From NCBI RefSeq assembly GCF_009914755.1, contig NC_060925.1: a stretch of 64,000 nucleotides of DNA; one strand, written 5' to 3'. A model generated the notes under the pieces. It searched no databases and was not told the DNA's origin. It worked only from the letters and a program-made list of their open reading frames with translations. Positions 28,941-45,624 of this stretch are shown piece by piece (the first letter of the stretch is position 1; every line of letters starts with the position of its first letter). Both the position numbers and the translations under genes were made by a program. Source of the DNA: the human T2T-CHM13v2.0 reference genome, Homo sapiens.

Positions 28941-29514
28941 TGCTGAGGCTTGAATAGGTAAATAAAGTGGTGGGGAAGCTTGAACTGGGTGGAACCCACC
29001 ACAGCTCAAGGAGGCCTGCCTGCCTCTGTAGACTCCACCTCTGGGGGCAGGGCATAGACGAACAAAAGGCAGCAGAAACCTCTGCAGACTTAAATGTCCC
29101 TGTCTGATAGCTTTGAAGAGAGTAGTGGTTCTCCCAGCACAGAGTTTGAGACCTGAGAATGGACAGACTGCCTCCTCAATGGGTCCCTGACCCCTGAGTA
29201 GCCTAACTGGGAGGCACCACCCAGTAGGGGCAGATTGACACCTCACACAGCCGGGTACCCCTCTGAGATGAAGCTTCCAGAGGAACGATCAGGCAGCAAC
29301 ATTTGCTGTTCAGGAATATTCGCTGTTCTACAGCCTCCACTGCTGATACCCAGGCAAACAGGGTCTGGAGTAGACCTCCAGCAAATTCCAACAGACCTGC
29401 AGCTGAGGGTCCTGACTGTCAGAAGGAAAACCAACAAACTGAAAGGACATCCACACCAAATTCCCATCTGTATGTCACCATCATCAAAGACCAAAGGTAG
29501 ATAAAACCACAAAG

Positions 29515-30509
29515 ATGGGGAAAAAACAGAGCAGAAAAGCTGAAAATTCTAAAAATCAGAGCACCTCTCCCCCTCCAAAGGAACGCTGCTCCTCTCCAGC
29601 AATAGAGCAAAGCTGGATGGAGACTGAGAGAAGAAGGCTTCAGATGATCAAACTGCTCCGAGCTAAAGGAGGAAGTTCAAACCCAATGCAAAGAAGCTAA
29701 AAATTTTTAAAAAGATTAGACAAATGGCTAAATAGAATAACCAGTGTAGAGAAGTCCTTAAATGACCTGATGGAGCTGAAAATCATGGCATGAGAACTAC
29801 ATGATGAATACACAAGCTTCAGTAGCTGATTCGATGAACTGGAAGAAAGGGTATCAGTGATTGAAGATCAAATGAATGAAATGAAGAGAGAAGTTTAGAG
29901 AAAAAAGTAAAAAGAAGCAAACAAAGCCTCCAAGAAATATGGGACTATGTGAAAAGACCAAACCTTCATCTGTTTGGTGTACCTAAAAATGATGGGGAGA
30001 ATGAAAACAAGTTGGAAAACACTCTGCAGGATATTATCCAGGAGAACTTCCCCAATCTAGCAAGGAAGGCCAACATTCAAATTCAGGAAATACAGAGAAT
30101 GCCACAAAGATACTCCTCGAGACGAGCAACTCCAAGACCCATAATTGTCAGATTCACCAAAGTTGAAATGAAGGAAAAAATATTAAGGGCAGCCAGAGAG
30201 AAAGGTCGGGTTACCCACAAAGGGAAGCCCATCAGACTAACAGCAGGTCTCTCGGCAGAAACTCTACAAGTCAGAAGAGAGTGGGGGCCAACATTCAACA
30301 TTCTTCAAGAAAAGAATTTTCAACCCAGAATTTCATATCCAGCCAAACTAAGCTTCATAAGTGAAGGAGAAATAAAATCCTTTACAGACAAGCAAATGCT
30401 GAGAGATTTTGTCACCACCAGGCCTGCCCTACAAGAGCTCCTGAAGGAAGCACTAAACATGGAAAGGAACAACTGGTACCAGCCACTGCAAAAACATGAC
30501 AAATTGTAA
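29515..30509 (+). pseudogene. L1 ORF1p, disrupted
   Basis: MGKKQSRK start; intact C-terminal 186 aa (RPNLHLFGVP...PALQELLKEAL); frameshifts and stops in the coiled-coil part. Confidence 0.93.
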
Positions 30510-30572
30510 AGTCCATTGATGCTAGGAAGAAATGACATCAACTAACAGGCAAATTAACCAGCTAACATCATA

Positions 30573-34421
<3,849 letters not shown>

Positions 34422-36788
34422 TCAATGAGAACACTTGGACACAGGAAGGGGAACATCATGCACCCGGGCCTGTCATGGGGTAGGGGGAGGGGGGAGGGAA
34501 AGCATTAGGAGATATACCTAATGTAGATGATCAGTTAATGGATGCAGCACACCAACATGGCACATGTATACATATGTAACAAACCTGCACGATGTGCATA
34601 TGTACCCTAGAACTTAAAGTATAATTTAAAAAAAGAAAAAAAAGAGGGGGGAGGGGGAGAGGGAAGTTCATGCATTAAAATAAAAAAGAATGGGGACATA
34701 TGAGAAGATTCAGATGACTGAGCATTTCTAAAATCCTCCAATTTAATGAAATATCCTTTACTAGCAGAAGCAGCTCCTATTTCTCCTCATGAAAAAGCAG
34801 ATTCTTACTTGCAAAAAGATCTGGTTACAAAGTTATGTGAGGCACTTAACCTTACAAAAAGAACTTAATCCTCCTTAATCCTCACCCATATTGTACCTAT
34901 GACCACAGTTGAATCCCAGCATGTCCCCTACCAAATTGCAAGAATGTGATTTTTTAATACAGTAACTGCCTGGGAATATTTGTGGGAATGGTCTCTGAAG
35001 GAGTAACAATTTCGATCACTGTAATAGGACATTGCAGTAGTTTACTATACTAATTACATTATGCTGATAGAATCTGGTGAGCTGAAAGTAGCAGGTATTC
35101 AAATGCTGTGGTAAAATTATTCACACCAGAGGATAGAAGATAAATAACCTCTTCCCTAAATACAAGTGGCTTCACCTCAGTCAAACTTTAGGAGCTTCAT
35201 GCCAACCATAGTCTGGGGTATGTTGGACTTTCTTCACCAAAATGAAGAAAACATGCTACAATGCCATTGCTTTTCACTAAGATACAAACATGAAAATCAT
35301 TGAGTGTCTTTTCACTTGCGTGACAACACATACACATATAGGTATTCAGTAAACACCAGGTTTGAGTGAGGCTGAGCCCATCATGAACACAGTATCATCT
35401 GAACTATCAAGTCATAAAATCATGAGTGTTCAGCAGCATACTTTCATGAATTGGAGATAAAATAAAGATAATCAAGCATGAGCTCTCAAGCAAGATGCAA
35501 GTGTATTGCATCAGCAAATGACTCACATTTCCAGCATATGCCTGCAGAAGCACACATGAGGGTGGATTCTGAGAATTCTTGATTAGGGATGTCAAGTGGG
35601 AGAACACAAGGCTGTGAAAGGAGAGTTTAGGTTGGGAAAACACTCTTCTGGGATAAAGGACTAATGTAATGTCCAGGACTCAAGCAGATGGCACAAATTC
35701 ACTACCAGGATAGTCCCTAGAAATATGAATTATGCCCCATGCATAAATTATCATATCTAGTAGTGGAAAAAAAATAAAAGTTTCAGAGGTTTAGGTGTGC
35801 TAGAGTCAAATATTAGTGAGGGCCAGAAAAACCCACAATTTTCCAATTCTTCCTTGGGAGGGCTCTGAGGATACCATTTATGGCAGCAATTAAAATGTCC
35901 TGGGGAGAGGAGAAACAGCAACAGTAAAGTGTTCAGTGGTGACTCTCCTCCCTAACAAAGTAAGAGCGGTTGTTACAGAACTAGGCTCATTGATAATAAC
36001 AGTGGTGATTAGAAATAATAGAGGCTAGATGGGTTATGGCACTTAACCAAAAGAAGCTAAATGGACACAATTACTGTAATGAATGGAAAGCTTAGAGGGA
36101 CAGCCAAGGGTCTTGACCCACAGAGGTCTATGGAAACAGTTAGAACATAACACCCTTAGAACAAAATAAATAGGCAGTCAACAAGGGTATTCAACTGTAC
36201 AATAAAAAGAAAGCAAGGATGGATAACCAGGAGGCTAAAGGAAATTACCCCAATAAAACTCAAGGCCCTTTGTCTAGGAATTATTACTTAGGATTGTGTA
36301 GTAAATAAAATCTTGGTTCAAATTTGCTTCATTGGGGTTCCCTGGGTCTGGAGACCCATTTGGCAATCACTCATCTAGTCTCTGATTGCATAATTAAAAA
36401 AATATTTGGTTTTGGCATAATATATATGTTAGATTCTTAGACTCCAGAACAAGAGTTATTATAATAGGGAAGGCTAAGTGGAAACTTCTGAAAATTCCCC
36501 TAATCCCAACCAAGATAGTTAATCAAAACTAATATTATGTCTCAAGTTCATGCAGGAATTACTGCCATTCTTAAACACCTAAAGCATGGAGAAATGGTGA
36601 TCTCTAACATATCCCATTTAACTCATCAGTCTGCCCACCCTTTCCACCCCCAAATATGTATATAATTCCTGTGCTATGACAGTGCAGTATTGCAAACTTA
36701 ACTAAGCAGTAGTCCTAGTTGCAGCTGCTATGCCAGATGTGGTACCCTTGCTAGAGTAGATTAACACAGCCTCAGGAATACAGACATT

Positions 36789-37155
36789 TGTGTTAGTCTG
36801 CTGGAGCTGCCATAACAAAATATCACAGATGGAGTGGCTTAAAGAACATAAAAATTTATCTATTTTACATTTCTGGAGGCTGGAAATCCAAGATCAAGAT
36901 TTCAGCAGGTTTGGTTTCTCCTTGGTCTGTGGATGACCACCTTCTCTTTGTGTTCTCACATGGACTTTGCTCTGTATATGCACATCCTTGGTGTCTCTTC
37001 CTGTTTTTATGAGGGCATAATAGATGTGTATTTTGTGTCATTATGGCTTCATTTAACCTTATGTCTTCATTTAACCTTAGTTACCTTTTAAAGGCCCTAT
37101 CTCCAAATATGGCCATATTGAAAGGTACTGGGATTAAGCTTCAACATATGAATTC
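36789..37155 (-). mobile_element. MaLR LTR (MLT1A/B-like)
   Basis: tgtgttagtctgctggagctgccataacaaaatatcacaga...aaaggccctatctccaaata...cttcaacatatgaatt. Confidence 0.8.
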
Positions 37156-37335
37156 CAGGACCTAGCTAATGCATCTTTTTCCCTCCTTATCAAAAAAAAA
37201 TCAGAAATAGTTTATATTTACTTGGAATAGACAACAGTACTTTTCCTATCTTACCTTGAGTCTAGGTTTGTCTTCTCTCCCTTCTGTCATAATATATTCT
37301 GAAGATACCCAGACTAACTCAAACTCCTGCAGAAT

Positions 37336-37467
37336 ATCACATGGGTCTATATCAATATCTATTTCAATGACACCATGACTATCACATGGGTCTATATCAA
37401 TATCTATTTCAATGACACCATGACTATCACATGAGTCTATATCAATGTCTATTTCAATGACACCGTG
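37336..37467. repeat. 45-bp tandem repeat, ~3 copies
   Basis: ATCACATGGGTCTATATCAATATCTATTTCAATGACACCATGACT at 37336 and 37381 (identical) and 37426 (3 substitutions, partial). Confidence 0.95.
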
Positions 37468-38745
37468 CTAATCAGATTGGATGTGCAAGAACCAGCTAGT
37501 ATATTAAGGTCCGTGGTAAGACATTTAAACTCCAGAGGGTGAGAAATAAATCCTATGGAGATTCAGGGGCTCATCACTTCAGTTTGATTTTTAGGTCTCC
37601 AGTATGTATGGCCTGCTAGAATTACCCTTCTGAAATAAAAGAAACATTTATTCTTCGTTGTCCACTATGCAGAAGTAAGCACAGGTCTGGTAGTTCCTTT
37701 CAGGTTAGGTGCAGCATTTTCCATAGCTGAGAATACTTCTCTGACCCATATAGTAGTTGACATGAAATACTGTCCAGAACAGGGAAGGTCTCTACAACAT
37801 ATCCAGGCAGACTCATGGGCTGCCATGCTGCTTGGGCCACAAAACTGAGCAGAACCTATGATATTAGAGGTATTATTGGTAGGAAAAGTTGCTACATGGG
37901 GTTTATGGCAAGCCCAAATAGGAAAAACATAGCTGACATTTTGGGAACTGGAGCAATGCCATGTTATCTGCACCAAAGGATTACATACTTTTCAAAAAAG
38001 AGCTTCTTTTGTTTCCACTGGAGTTCTAGATGGGGGCAGTAAGAGACCATGAGGCCAGAGTAGTCCATTAGTACTGTAAGACTCACAAAGTGTTAAAGTT
38101 GAGCAGAACCAGCAGCAATGAGGATGGAAGTGATGTATCTAGGATGGTGCATAAGCAGAGTCAGAGGGCCCAATAACCTGAATGAGAAGATAGATTGGGC
38201 CTCATGGCACCCACCGCATTTGCAACAGTACCTCTCTCAGCACTCATTATAGTTATATTGAGAAGCCCAGATAACTAGCTGATGGAGGAGGGATAAATCT
38301 GAGCTTGCTTCCTGGATGGCAGCTGCACTCAGGCCCACTCAGAGATGACCTTGTAAGTCAGTGGTGAGGAGAAATACTCCCAATGGGCAGAGCCTCAGGA
38401 GGTTCACTTGATCATCCAACTTTAAGGAGAAAGAAGGAACCCAAGATTAGCATATGAACAAACTCACAGACAGTGGAAAATAGCTTGGTCAATTTGTCAG
38501 GAACCTGGAATAGAAAACACTGAATATTTGAGAAAAAGGAGGTCTCAGGAAAATGCCTGACGATGAACGTTTCTGAATGGGCACACAGAGTGAAGTCTTT
38601 GTACTTCTTGTTAATGCCCACTCAGCCAGTTGACATCAGGTGGGTGGGCTCAGTGTTGGGACAATGCTCATTTGAAATGAATAAACTTGGTGGAAGAGAT
38701 GGAAGCTAAGAATGATGTTAACAGCATGAGTCTCTACTTGCCAAG

Positions 38746-39060
38746 TATATTAGTTTCCTTAGTTTGCAACAACAAATTGCTACAAACTGGGTGGCTCTCA
38801 CAACAGAAATGTATTGTCTCCCAGTTCTGAAGGCTTCACATCATCGTCGTTCTGTTTGTTTCTCTGTCTTTTCATTCATATAGCATTCTTTTTTTTATAA
38901 GGACAACAGTCATATTGGATTAGGAACCCACCTTATTCCAGTATAACCTCATCTTAGCTACATCTGCAACAATCCTATTTTTAAATAAGACCATATTCGA
39001 GTTCCTGAGGTTAGGACTTCAACCTATCAATTTTGGCAAGACGTAATTCAACCTACAACA
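38746..39060 (-). mobile_element. MaLR LTR (MLT1B/C-like), internally deleted
   Basis: tattagtttcc...acaaactgggtggct...ttataaggacaacagtcatattggattagg...aattcaacctacaaca; perfect TSD CCAAG. Confidence 0.85.
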
Positions 39061-39917
39061 CCAAGGATGGTCTAGTTTTGGCTGATGCTGAATTTCCAAA
39101 TTGTCAATAGCAGAGGCCAGTGCTGCATTTCTGATGGAGCTAACTAGCTTGATCACTTTGACCCTTTCAACCCTTGGGAAGGACAGTAATTCATTTTAAC
39201 AGAAATAGACATGTACTTTTGGTGAAGGTTTGTCTTTCCAGGTTGCAGAATCTCAGCCTGCACATCTCACCCATGGCTTACTACACGCTTGATGCATTGA
39301 CTTAGAGTCCCGCACAACATTGTGACAGACGAGGGGATTCATTTTCTAGCAAAGGAAGCGTAAGAGTGGGCACATGACCATGGGGTCCACCAGTCACATC
39401 ACATTTTCATCATCCAGAAGTTGTCAGTTTGATGGAGGTACAGAGCTGCCTATGAAGACATGGCTGAAGTGACAATTCAGAAACAGGACTTTGAGAGGAT
39501 AGAAGGCTATCTTGCAATATAGTGCATAATTTAAAACAACAAATTTTTATAAACCCAGGAACTAAGCAGTGGAAATTAGAGAATTCGTGTTTCTTTCCCT
39601 TGCAACTCAGGCTTCTGCGGAATTAAAGTTCCTGGTTCTCAAGGAGAAAATACTTCCACTAGGGAAAACAGGAAGAGTCTCATTAACATTGAGACATCAG
39701 TGCCACTTGAGTACTTTGTCCTCATCATCACCAAGGAATGGAAAAAAGAAAAGGAGTCAGCATGTTGGCAAGGTTGGCACTCGAATGACCCACACACAGT
39801 AAAGGGACTGAGAAGGGCACAGTGGCCAGGAGCTCTGGCTCCTCTGGAATGAGGGTCTGTGTTATGCATCCAAGTAAGAAACTGAAGCCAGATAGGTTCT
39901 AGCAGGTTGGATAGTTG

Positions 39918-40534
39918 TGTAGAAGTGAAGCGAAAACTTTCCATTTGCCCTTTGAATTTTTGCTAAAAAATTAATTTATAAAAGCCAGATTACTAGGAAA
40001 ATGGCATATAATTTATTAGCACATACAGGGAAGAATTATAGACTGATTGATCAATATTTAAATGGGGTATAGAAGTTTCTATCTCTTTTTTTTTTTTTAA
40101 AGAGGAGAGTGAGATGGAGAAGCGTGGATGATTTTAAAGAGGTAGAAAATAATTTTGAGGGGAATTTAATGGGCGCAAAGAACATATAATGGCCTGGGAC
40201 AAAGTCTACTGGGCCCACAGAACAGAAAATGTTTTGTGACAAAAGTCTGTCCAGATGTGTTTAAAGACTTTAGTCTTTCTTTCTGTGATGTGAATTTAGC
40301 TAATGAAAACTCAGGGAAGAAACCAAAAGTAATTGGTTTTGTTTCTTTGTTTTTGGCAGGTTCGAACTTTAGGCAGATAAGGGATCTTCAGAGAACAACT
40401 TTTTCCTGTGCTTTGGGAAGGAGGATTGAGAGACAGGAGGGCAAAGGAAGGCCAGAGAGAGCTCGAGAGCTTTCTTTTTCAGTTCAGCATGTCAAAGTGC
40501 CATATTCTAGGGTATTGGTTTCTGAGCCCCAACA
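39918..40534 (-). mobile_element. ERV1 (MER4-group, MER39-like) solo LTR
   Basis: Terminus reads TGTTGGGGCTCAGAAACCAATACCCTAGAATATGGCACTTTGACATGCTGAACTGAA on the minus strand. Confidence 0.75.
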
Positions 40535-41879
40535 GAATAAAAAGAAGACTGTAAGTGTTGAGTATGCTGCCAAGACCAGCTGCAGTGTGGCAGGTGCTCT
40601 AGTTCTTCCCACTAACCTTCCATTTCTGAAGCATTCTATTTCACACAATTACCATCATAAAAGAAAAAATAACCTACGGTCCATTTGTAATTGTTTATGT
40701 TGTATTGTGAAATATATCCCTGATAGGACAAACTTCGGTTCTGTCTAAATGTGGATGAGAATTGAAACTTTCCCTTAAATTTAACTGGTCTGATGATTGG
40801 AAGAATTTTTGACAAACCAGCTCCTGGCTCCATACATTTGTAACCTGGTATCTCCTGCACTCCGTACTTACTTCTGGTGGCAAGTGACACCAGGATATCA
40901 GGACCTGGTTTGTGACACTGCACCTTCATGTTGGAATACTCAATCCCAGTGCTGGGTGAGTTACACAGCAGAAGTTCTGTATGCCTTGAAGCTATTTCTA
41001 CACTGTGGTGGTTAGCAATAACCTGTCTCTACACAGAAGTGACTGCAAAACACAAACTATATTATAAAAAATCCCTAACAAATGTACCCTTAACTTCTTC
41101 TTAGCACACCATCTGACATGTGACTAAGTGCAATGAAAAATTTGTAGTAGAAATAAATAGTAGTATTAAACAATTTCAGTTAAAGTAGTTTATTTCAGCA
41201 AATTTTACAAAAGCATATGGGAAATAAACATATTACTAACTTCTCTCCCAGGATCTTAGAATGCACCTGTACAAGTTAGAGACAGGAGACATCCTTTTCT
41301 GGGGGATGCTGGGAATGGGAATGTTTGCATTGGAAATGAGTGGAAGGTGTACTATGTTGGGGGAATATCTGCTTTTGTTTCAAAGACTGAGTATGAAGAA
41401 TGGTTTGGAGTTCTGGAGTGGATATTTGACATGTTCAGGGCTTCTTTACATATTTTGAAAAACATTTGCATATTGGGGGAAATGTTAATATCATGAATCC
41501 TGTCTTTCCCATCAAAACCAGAACTCAGATACCCAGCCTCTCTTGCGACTAGCACTCAGGCAGCTGACCTAGACTTCGACCAACAGACACACCCCTATGA
41601 GACTGATTTAGAGATGAGCAAAACAGTGTTCCCATTTTGCTAGTGTAGGTGGCAGCAGGAATTGCAAGGGCAAGTACCTGATCACAGGTAGTGTCAGTGA
41701 TGGTGCAATAGTGAATGTAGGAGCACTAAGACCTGGCATTTCATGTGTGATGAAAGAGACCCCAGTGGTATCCATGTCAGGCCATTTATTGCATGGTTTT
41801 TTGTGTTCCCAAAAGTATTATATTTCTGGCTGAACTAGCCAGACTGGATTTGTTGATTGCAGCAAGATTTTACATCCCA

Positions 41880-42890
41880 TTTTAATATATAAATAGTGCT
41901 CACCCTGGCTCATAATAAAACAAATACAAAGTAAACCGTAAATTCATGCCATTTTTCATCTGTCAGATTGATAAAGATTAAAAATTTGATCTGTAGTCAT
42001 TGGTATAGGAAAACAAACCCTCTCATTGGTGAGAATGCAAATGAATTACAGTGTTGAAGGAAAATGATATGGCAATATCTATGAAAATGTATAGCACAGG
42101 CCGGGCACGGTGGCTCACGCCTGTAATCCCAGCACTCTGGGAGGCCGAGGCCGGCAAATCACGAGGTCAGGAGATCCAGACCATCCTGGCTAACATGGTG
42201 AAACCCCGTCTCTACTAAAAATACAAAAAATTAGCCGAGTGTGGTGGCAGGCACCTGTACTCCCAGCTACTCGGGAGGCTGAGGCAAGAGAGTGGTGTGA
42301 ACCCAGGAGGAGGAGTTTGCGGTGAGCCAAGATCGCACCACTGCACTCCAGCCTGGGTGACAGAGCAAGACTCTGTCTCAAAAAAAAAAAAAAAAAAATG
42401 TATAGCACAAATATCTTTTGACAAAGAAATATTGCTACAATTATATTCTACATATGCATTCATAAGAACCAGTCAAGAAATATACAATAATTATTTTTGA
42501 ATTATTTGTAAGTGGGGAGTTTTAATGTTAATGTAGTCAATTGAGAACAGATTAATACATAGTTGAACATCCACAGAATGGAGTAATATTCAGCTGTGTA
42601 AAGAGGAATGCTGTATATGTGACATTTTGTTACATATACAGTAGACATATTGTTAAAGTAGAAAAGCTGGGTGTGGGGCAGCAATCACAGAATGCTGCCA
42701 TCTGTGGAGAAGGGTAAGAAAAACAAAAATGTATGCATAGATTTGGAAGATCTCTGGAAGAAGGTGCAACTGATAACTGTTATCTCTTAGGCAGGGAAGC
42801 TCGATGAAAGATACTCCAGGAGATGGTTGCTTTTCAAAGTATACCTGTTTGTGGCTTTTGAATTTCATTATTTCCTTCTGTGTAAGAAAT
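41880..42890 (+). mobile_element. L1ME-type 3' end fragment, split by an AluY
   Basis: tttttcatctgtcagattgataaagattaaaaatttgat; catccacagaatggagtaatattcagctgt. Confidence 0.6.
42099..42394 (+). mobile_element. AluY SINE
   Basis: AluY diagnostics (accatcctggctaac, aaaaaattagccg); perfect 15-bp TSD AAAATGTATAGCACA. Confidence 0.95.
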
Positions 42891-42899
42891 AACAATGGA

Positions 42900-43400
42900 A
42901 TGACAGCTGTGTGCTGGATACCATGGCACATAGGACACAAAGGTAACCCAGACACTGCCTCAGCATTTGGGGGTTAATTGATAGAGATAAAAATGACTAT
43001 AGCATAATGGGTTAAGAGCTGGGATAAGGATGTATGCAAGATGCTGGGGGAAGCCAGAGAAGAAGCTCTTGAAGAAGGACAATCAGAAAAGTTTTCCAAA
43101 GGGAAGGGTGCACAGGAATTGAACTGAGAACTAGTCATCAGAGCTTCAGGCAAAGCTATGCCAAAATGTAAAAAAGAAGACGAAACAAAATAATCAGAGG
43201 TAAAATCAATGAGGTACATAGGACAGCCGACTTTGCAGGAACTTCAAGTATCTCTTGATAATTCGAGTTTGGGTGCAGGAAGACGTTGAAAGGTAAGTTA
43301 AAGAGTTATTTAAGGCCCACATAATGAAAGACCTTAGATACTGGATATTATTCTTATAGCAAGAATGAGCCATTAAAGCTAGAAGGTAGAAAGAGAATTC
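42900..43400 (-). mobile_element. L2 fragment
   Basis: tgtgtgctggataccatgg...; tggatattattcttatagcaagaatgagccattaaag. Confidence 0.5.
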
Positions 43401-43747
43401 CGTGTGGAGACTTCAAATGGCAATTCTAAGGCATAGCACAAGGCTTTATATTTATTTAAATTAAGGCAGGCCACAGAAAGTCCTAGAGCAAATATGAATG
43501 CATTCAGTTGTCCGTTATTCAAAAATCCAAATAACAATGCTGTAACTAACAGTTACTGGTATTATTATTATTGTTTTACAGAAGGTCTGGAAGTAAGCAT
43601 CTCAGGGCTGGCAGCTCAGTTCAATAATGTCATCAAGGAACCTGGTTTCTTCTTTTCCTTCCACACTCATTCTTGAAGTTGTTCAAGTATAGAACCATTT
43701 TTTAGTTTTTTTTTTTTTTTTTTTTACAGTATAAGTAGAATCATACT

Positions 43748-44288
43748 CTATTAGTTTTCTATTGCTGTGTCACAAATTATCACTAACTTAGTGGCTTTAG
43801 ACAACAGAAATTTATGATCTGACAGTTTTTATGAGTAAAGAGTTCAGGCACAGTTACTGGGTGTTATGCTCGAGTCTCAACAGACTGCAATCAAGGTGTT
43901 AGCTCAGGCTGTGATCTCATCTGAGACTTTGGGGGCCTCTTCTAAGTTCATTAGTTGTTGGCAGAATTCAGTTCCTTGGGGTTGTAGGACTAAGGTGCTC
44001 AGCTTTTGAAGGTTACCCCTTTTCATAGGCATTTCACAATGTGGGTATTTACTTCTTCCAGACAAGCATGAGGGCATCTCTCTCACTAGGAATTTCTCCA
44101 TCCAGCTGGCTAAAATGGAACCTTATCAAATATAACCTAATCAAGGAGTGACTACCCCAATATATTCACAGGCCTTTCCATGCTCAAGGGGAATGAATTA
44201 TATAAGTTATGATATATATTATAAAATATGATATATATTATATAAGTCAGTAATCTTGGGGGTCATCACAGAATTTTGGCTATACTAT
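43748..44288 (-). mobile_element. MaLR LTR (MLT1E/F-like)
   Basis: tattagttttctattgctg...caatcaaggtgttagc...ggcagaattcagttccttggggttgtaggact...ggggtcatcacagaatt. Confidence 0.75.
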
Positions 44289-44854
44289 CCCAGGACTTGT
44301 GTTTGTATTTTTGGTTTTTTTTATTGTTTGTTTTCTACTAATGGATCATTTGTAAATTCTCACCTTTATTTTATTACTTTATATACCACTCAGTGGCCGA
44401 CATATGTTTTTCTCTAGTGATTTTTAATCAAATATTATTTTTAATAAGAGATAACCTACATCCACATTCCCACTCTCATTTCCACATTTTCCCATCACCT
44501 TGTCACTCACTTTTATTCAATGATGGCTCATATACTAAAAGGAAAAATAAATAAAGATGTTTGTAGCATTATATAAACACAACACAAATTTCGGTTAAAA
44601 AAAGGTGAGTTTTTCCTATACTAATTTTCTAAAGAATAAAAGCAGAGTTCACCAAAAATACTATATATAAGACTATTTGTAGGTAATAAAAAAGTATTGT
44701 AATCTCACTGGGACAGAAGATGTACTCATACAACAAACTGAATAACAATAAAATATTTAAATTGAAATTTAAGCCAACAGTGGAGGTCAAGTCACAAGGC
44801 TATAACTTATTACTTGTCACATTAATCCTATAGACAATCTAAGTTTAGAGGAGA

Positions 44855-45128
44855 ATGTTTGGATTATTTACTGTGGTGACATAAGCTACCCCAAAGCTTA
44901 GTGGCTTACAACAACAGCAATTTTATTATACCTCACAGTTACGTGGGCCAGAAGTTTGGGCAGACCTTAGCTGGGCAGTTTTTCTGCTCCAAGTGGCATC
45001 AACTGGATCACTGTGTGGTACTCAGCTGGAGGCTTGCCTTGCCTGAAAGCTCCAAGAAGGGTCCCTCACAAATCTGGCACCTCACTGCTCCTTGGCCTCT
45101 CTCTTTCTCTCTCTGCATGGCATCTCAT
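44855..45128 (-). mobile_element. MaLR LTR fragment (MLT1G/H-like), cut by the ERV1 LTR
   Basis: ccccaaagcttagtggcttacaacaacagc...cttagctgggcagttttt. Confidence 0.65.
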
Positions 45129-45606
45129 TGTTAAGGGATGTTAAAAAAAAATTGAAAACGAAGGCCACAGTTTGGATATACACTCAGAACAACCAACCAT
45201 AACCATAACAAAATGTGAGCTATGTTGATCTCTCTGAAATGCAAGCTCTAACCGTAAACAAACCATAAGCCTTTCTTCCATGTCAGTATGATAAAGTTGA
45301 GTCAATCAGCTACAGAAAAATAAGCTCCTACAGCTCTATGTGCCCTAAAAGGGGTACAAATTTATCGTAGCCAATTACAATAGAGTTCAATGTCTTTCTC
45401 ACAGATGCTATAAACCTATAAGCTGTGCTGTAACACTTGTGAGATGAGCTTCTTAACACGTTCAGTTTGAAATCTCTTGGTTTTTGAAATGTTCTTTGGT
45501 AGGCACAATAAACTCCTATCTTCCTGTTTTACTTGATCTGACTTTATTTTCTCATTTTTTATTTTTATTTATTTATTTATTTATTTATTTTATTTTTAAC
45601 AGTTTC

Positions 45607-45624
45607 TGGTGTCAAATATGAGAT
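45607..45624 (+). promoter_or_regulatory. Retroviral primer-binding site, tRNA-Leu-like (second copy at 45736-45753)
   Basis: TGGTGTCAAATATGAGAT 5 nt after the LTR end; 14/18 match to recalled Leu PBS TGGTGTCAGAAGTGGGAT. Confidence 0.6.

Noticed and set aside
37336-37467. CRISPR-like array
   Set aside because: Contiguous tandem units with no spacers, eukaryotic context, no cas genes.
40236-40748. 170-aa ORF
   Set aside because: Spans an antisense ERV1 LTR and ERVL relic; GTG start, no recognisable domain.
41234-41251. TACTAAC + pyrimidine tract + CAG as a splice acceptor
   Set aside because: The branch A is only ~12 nt from the AG and no partner exon can be supported.
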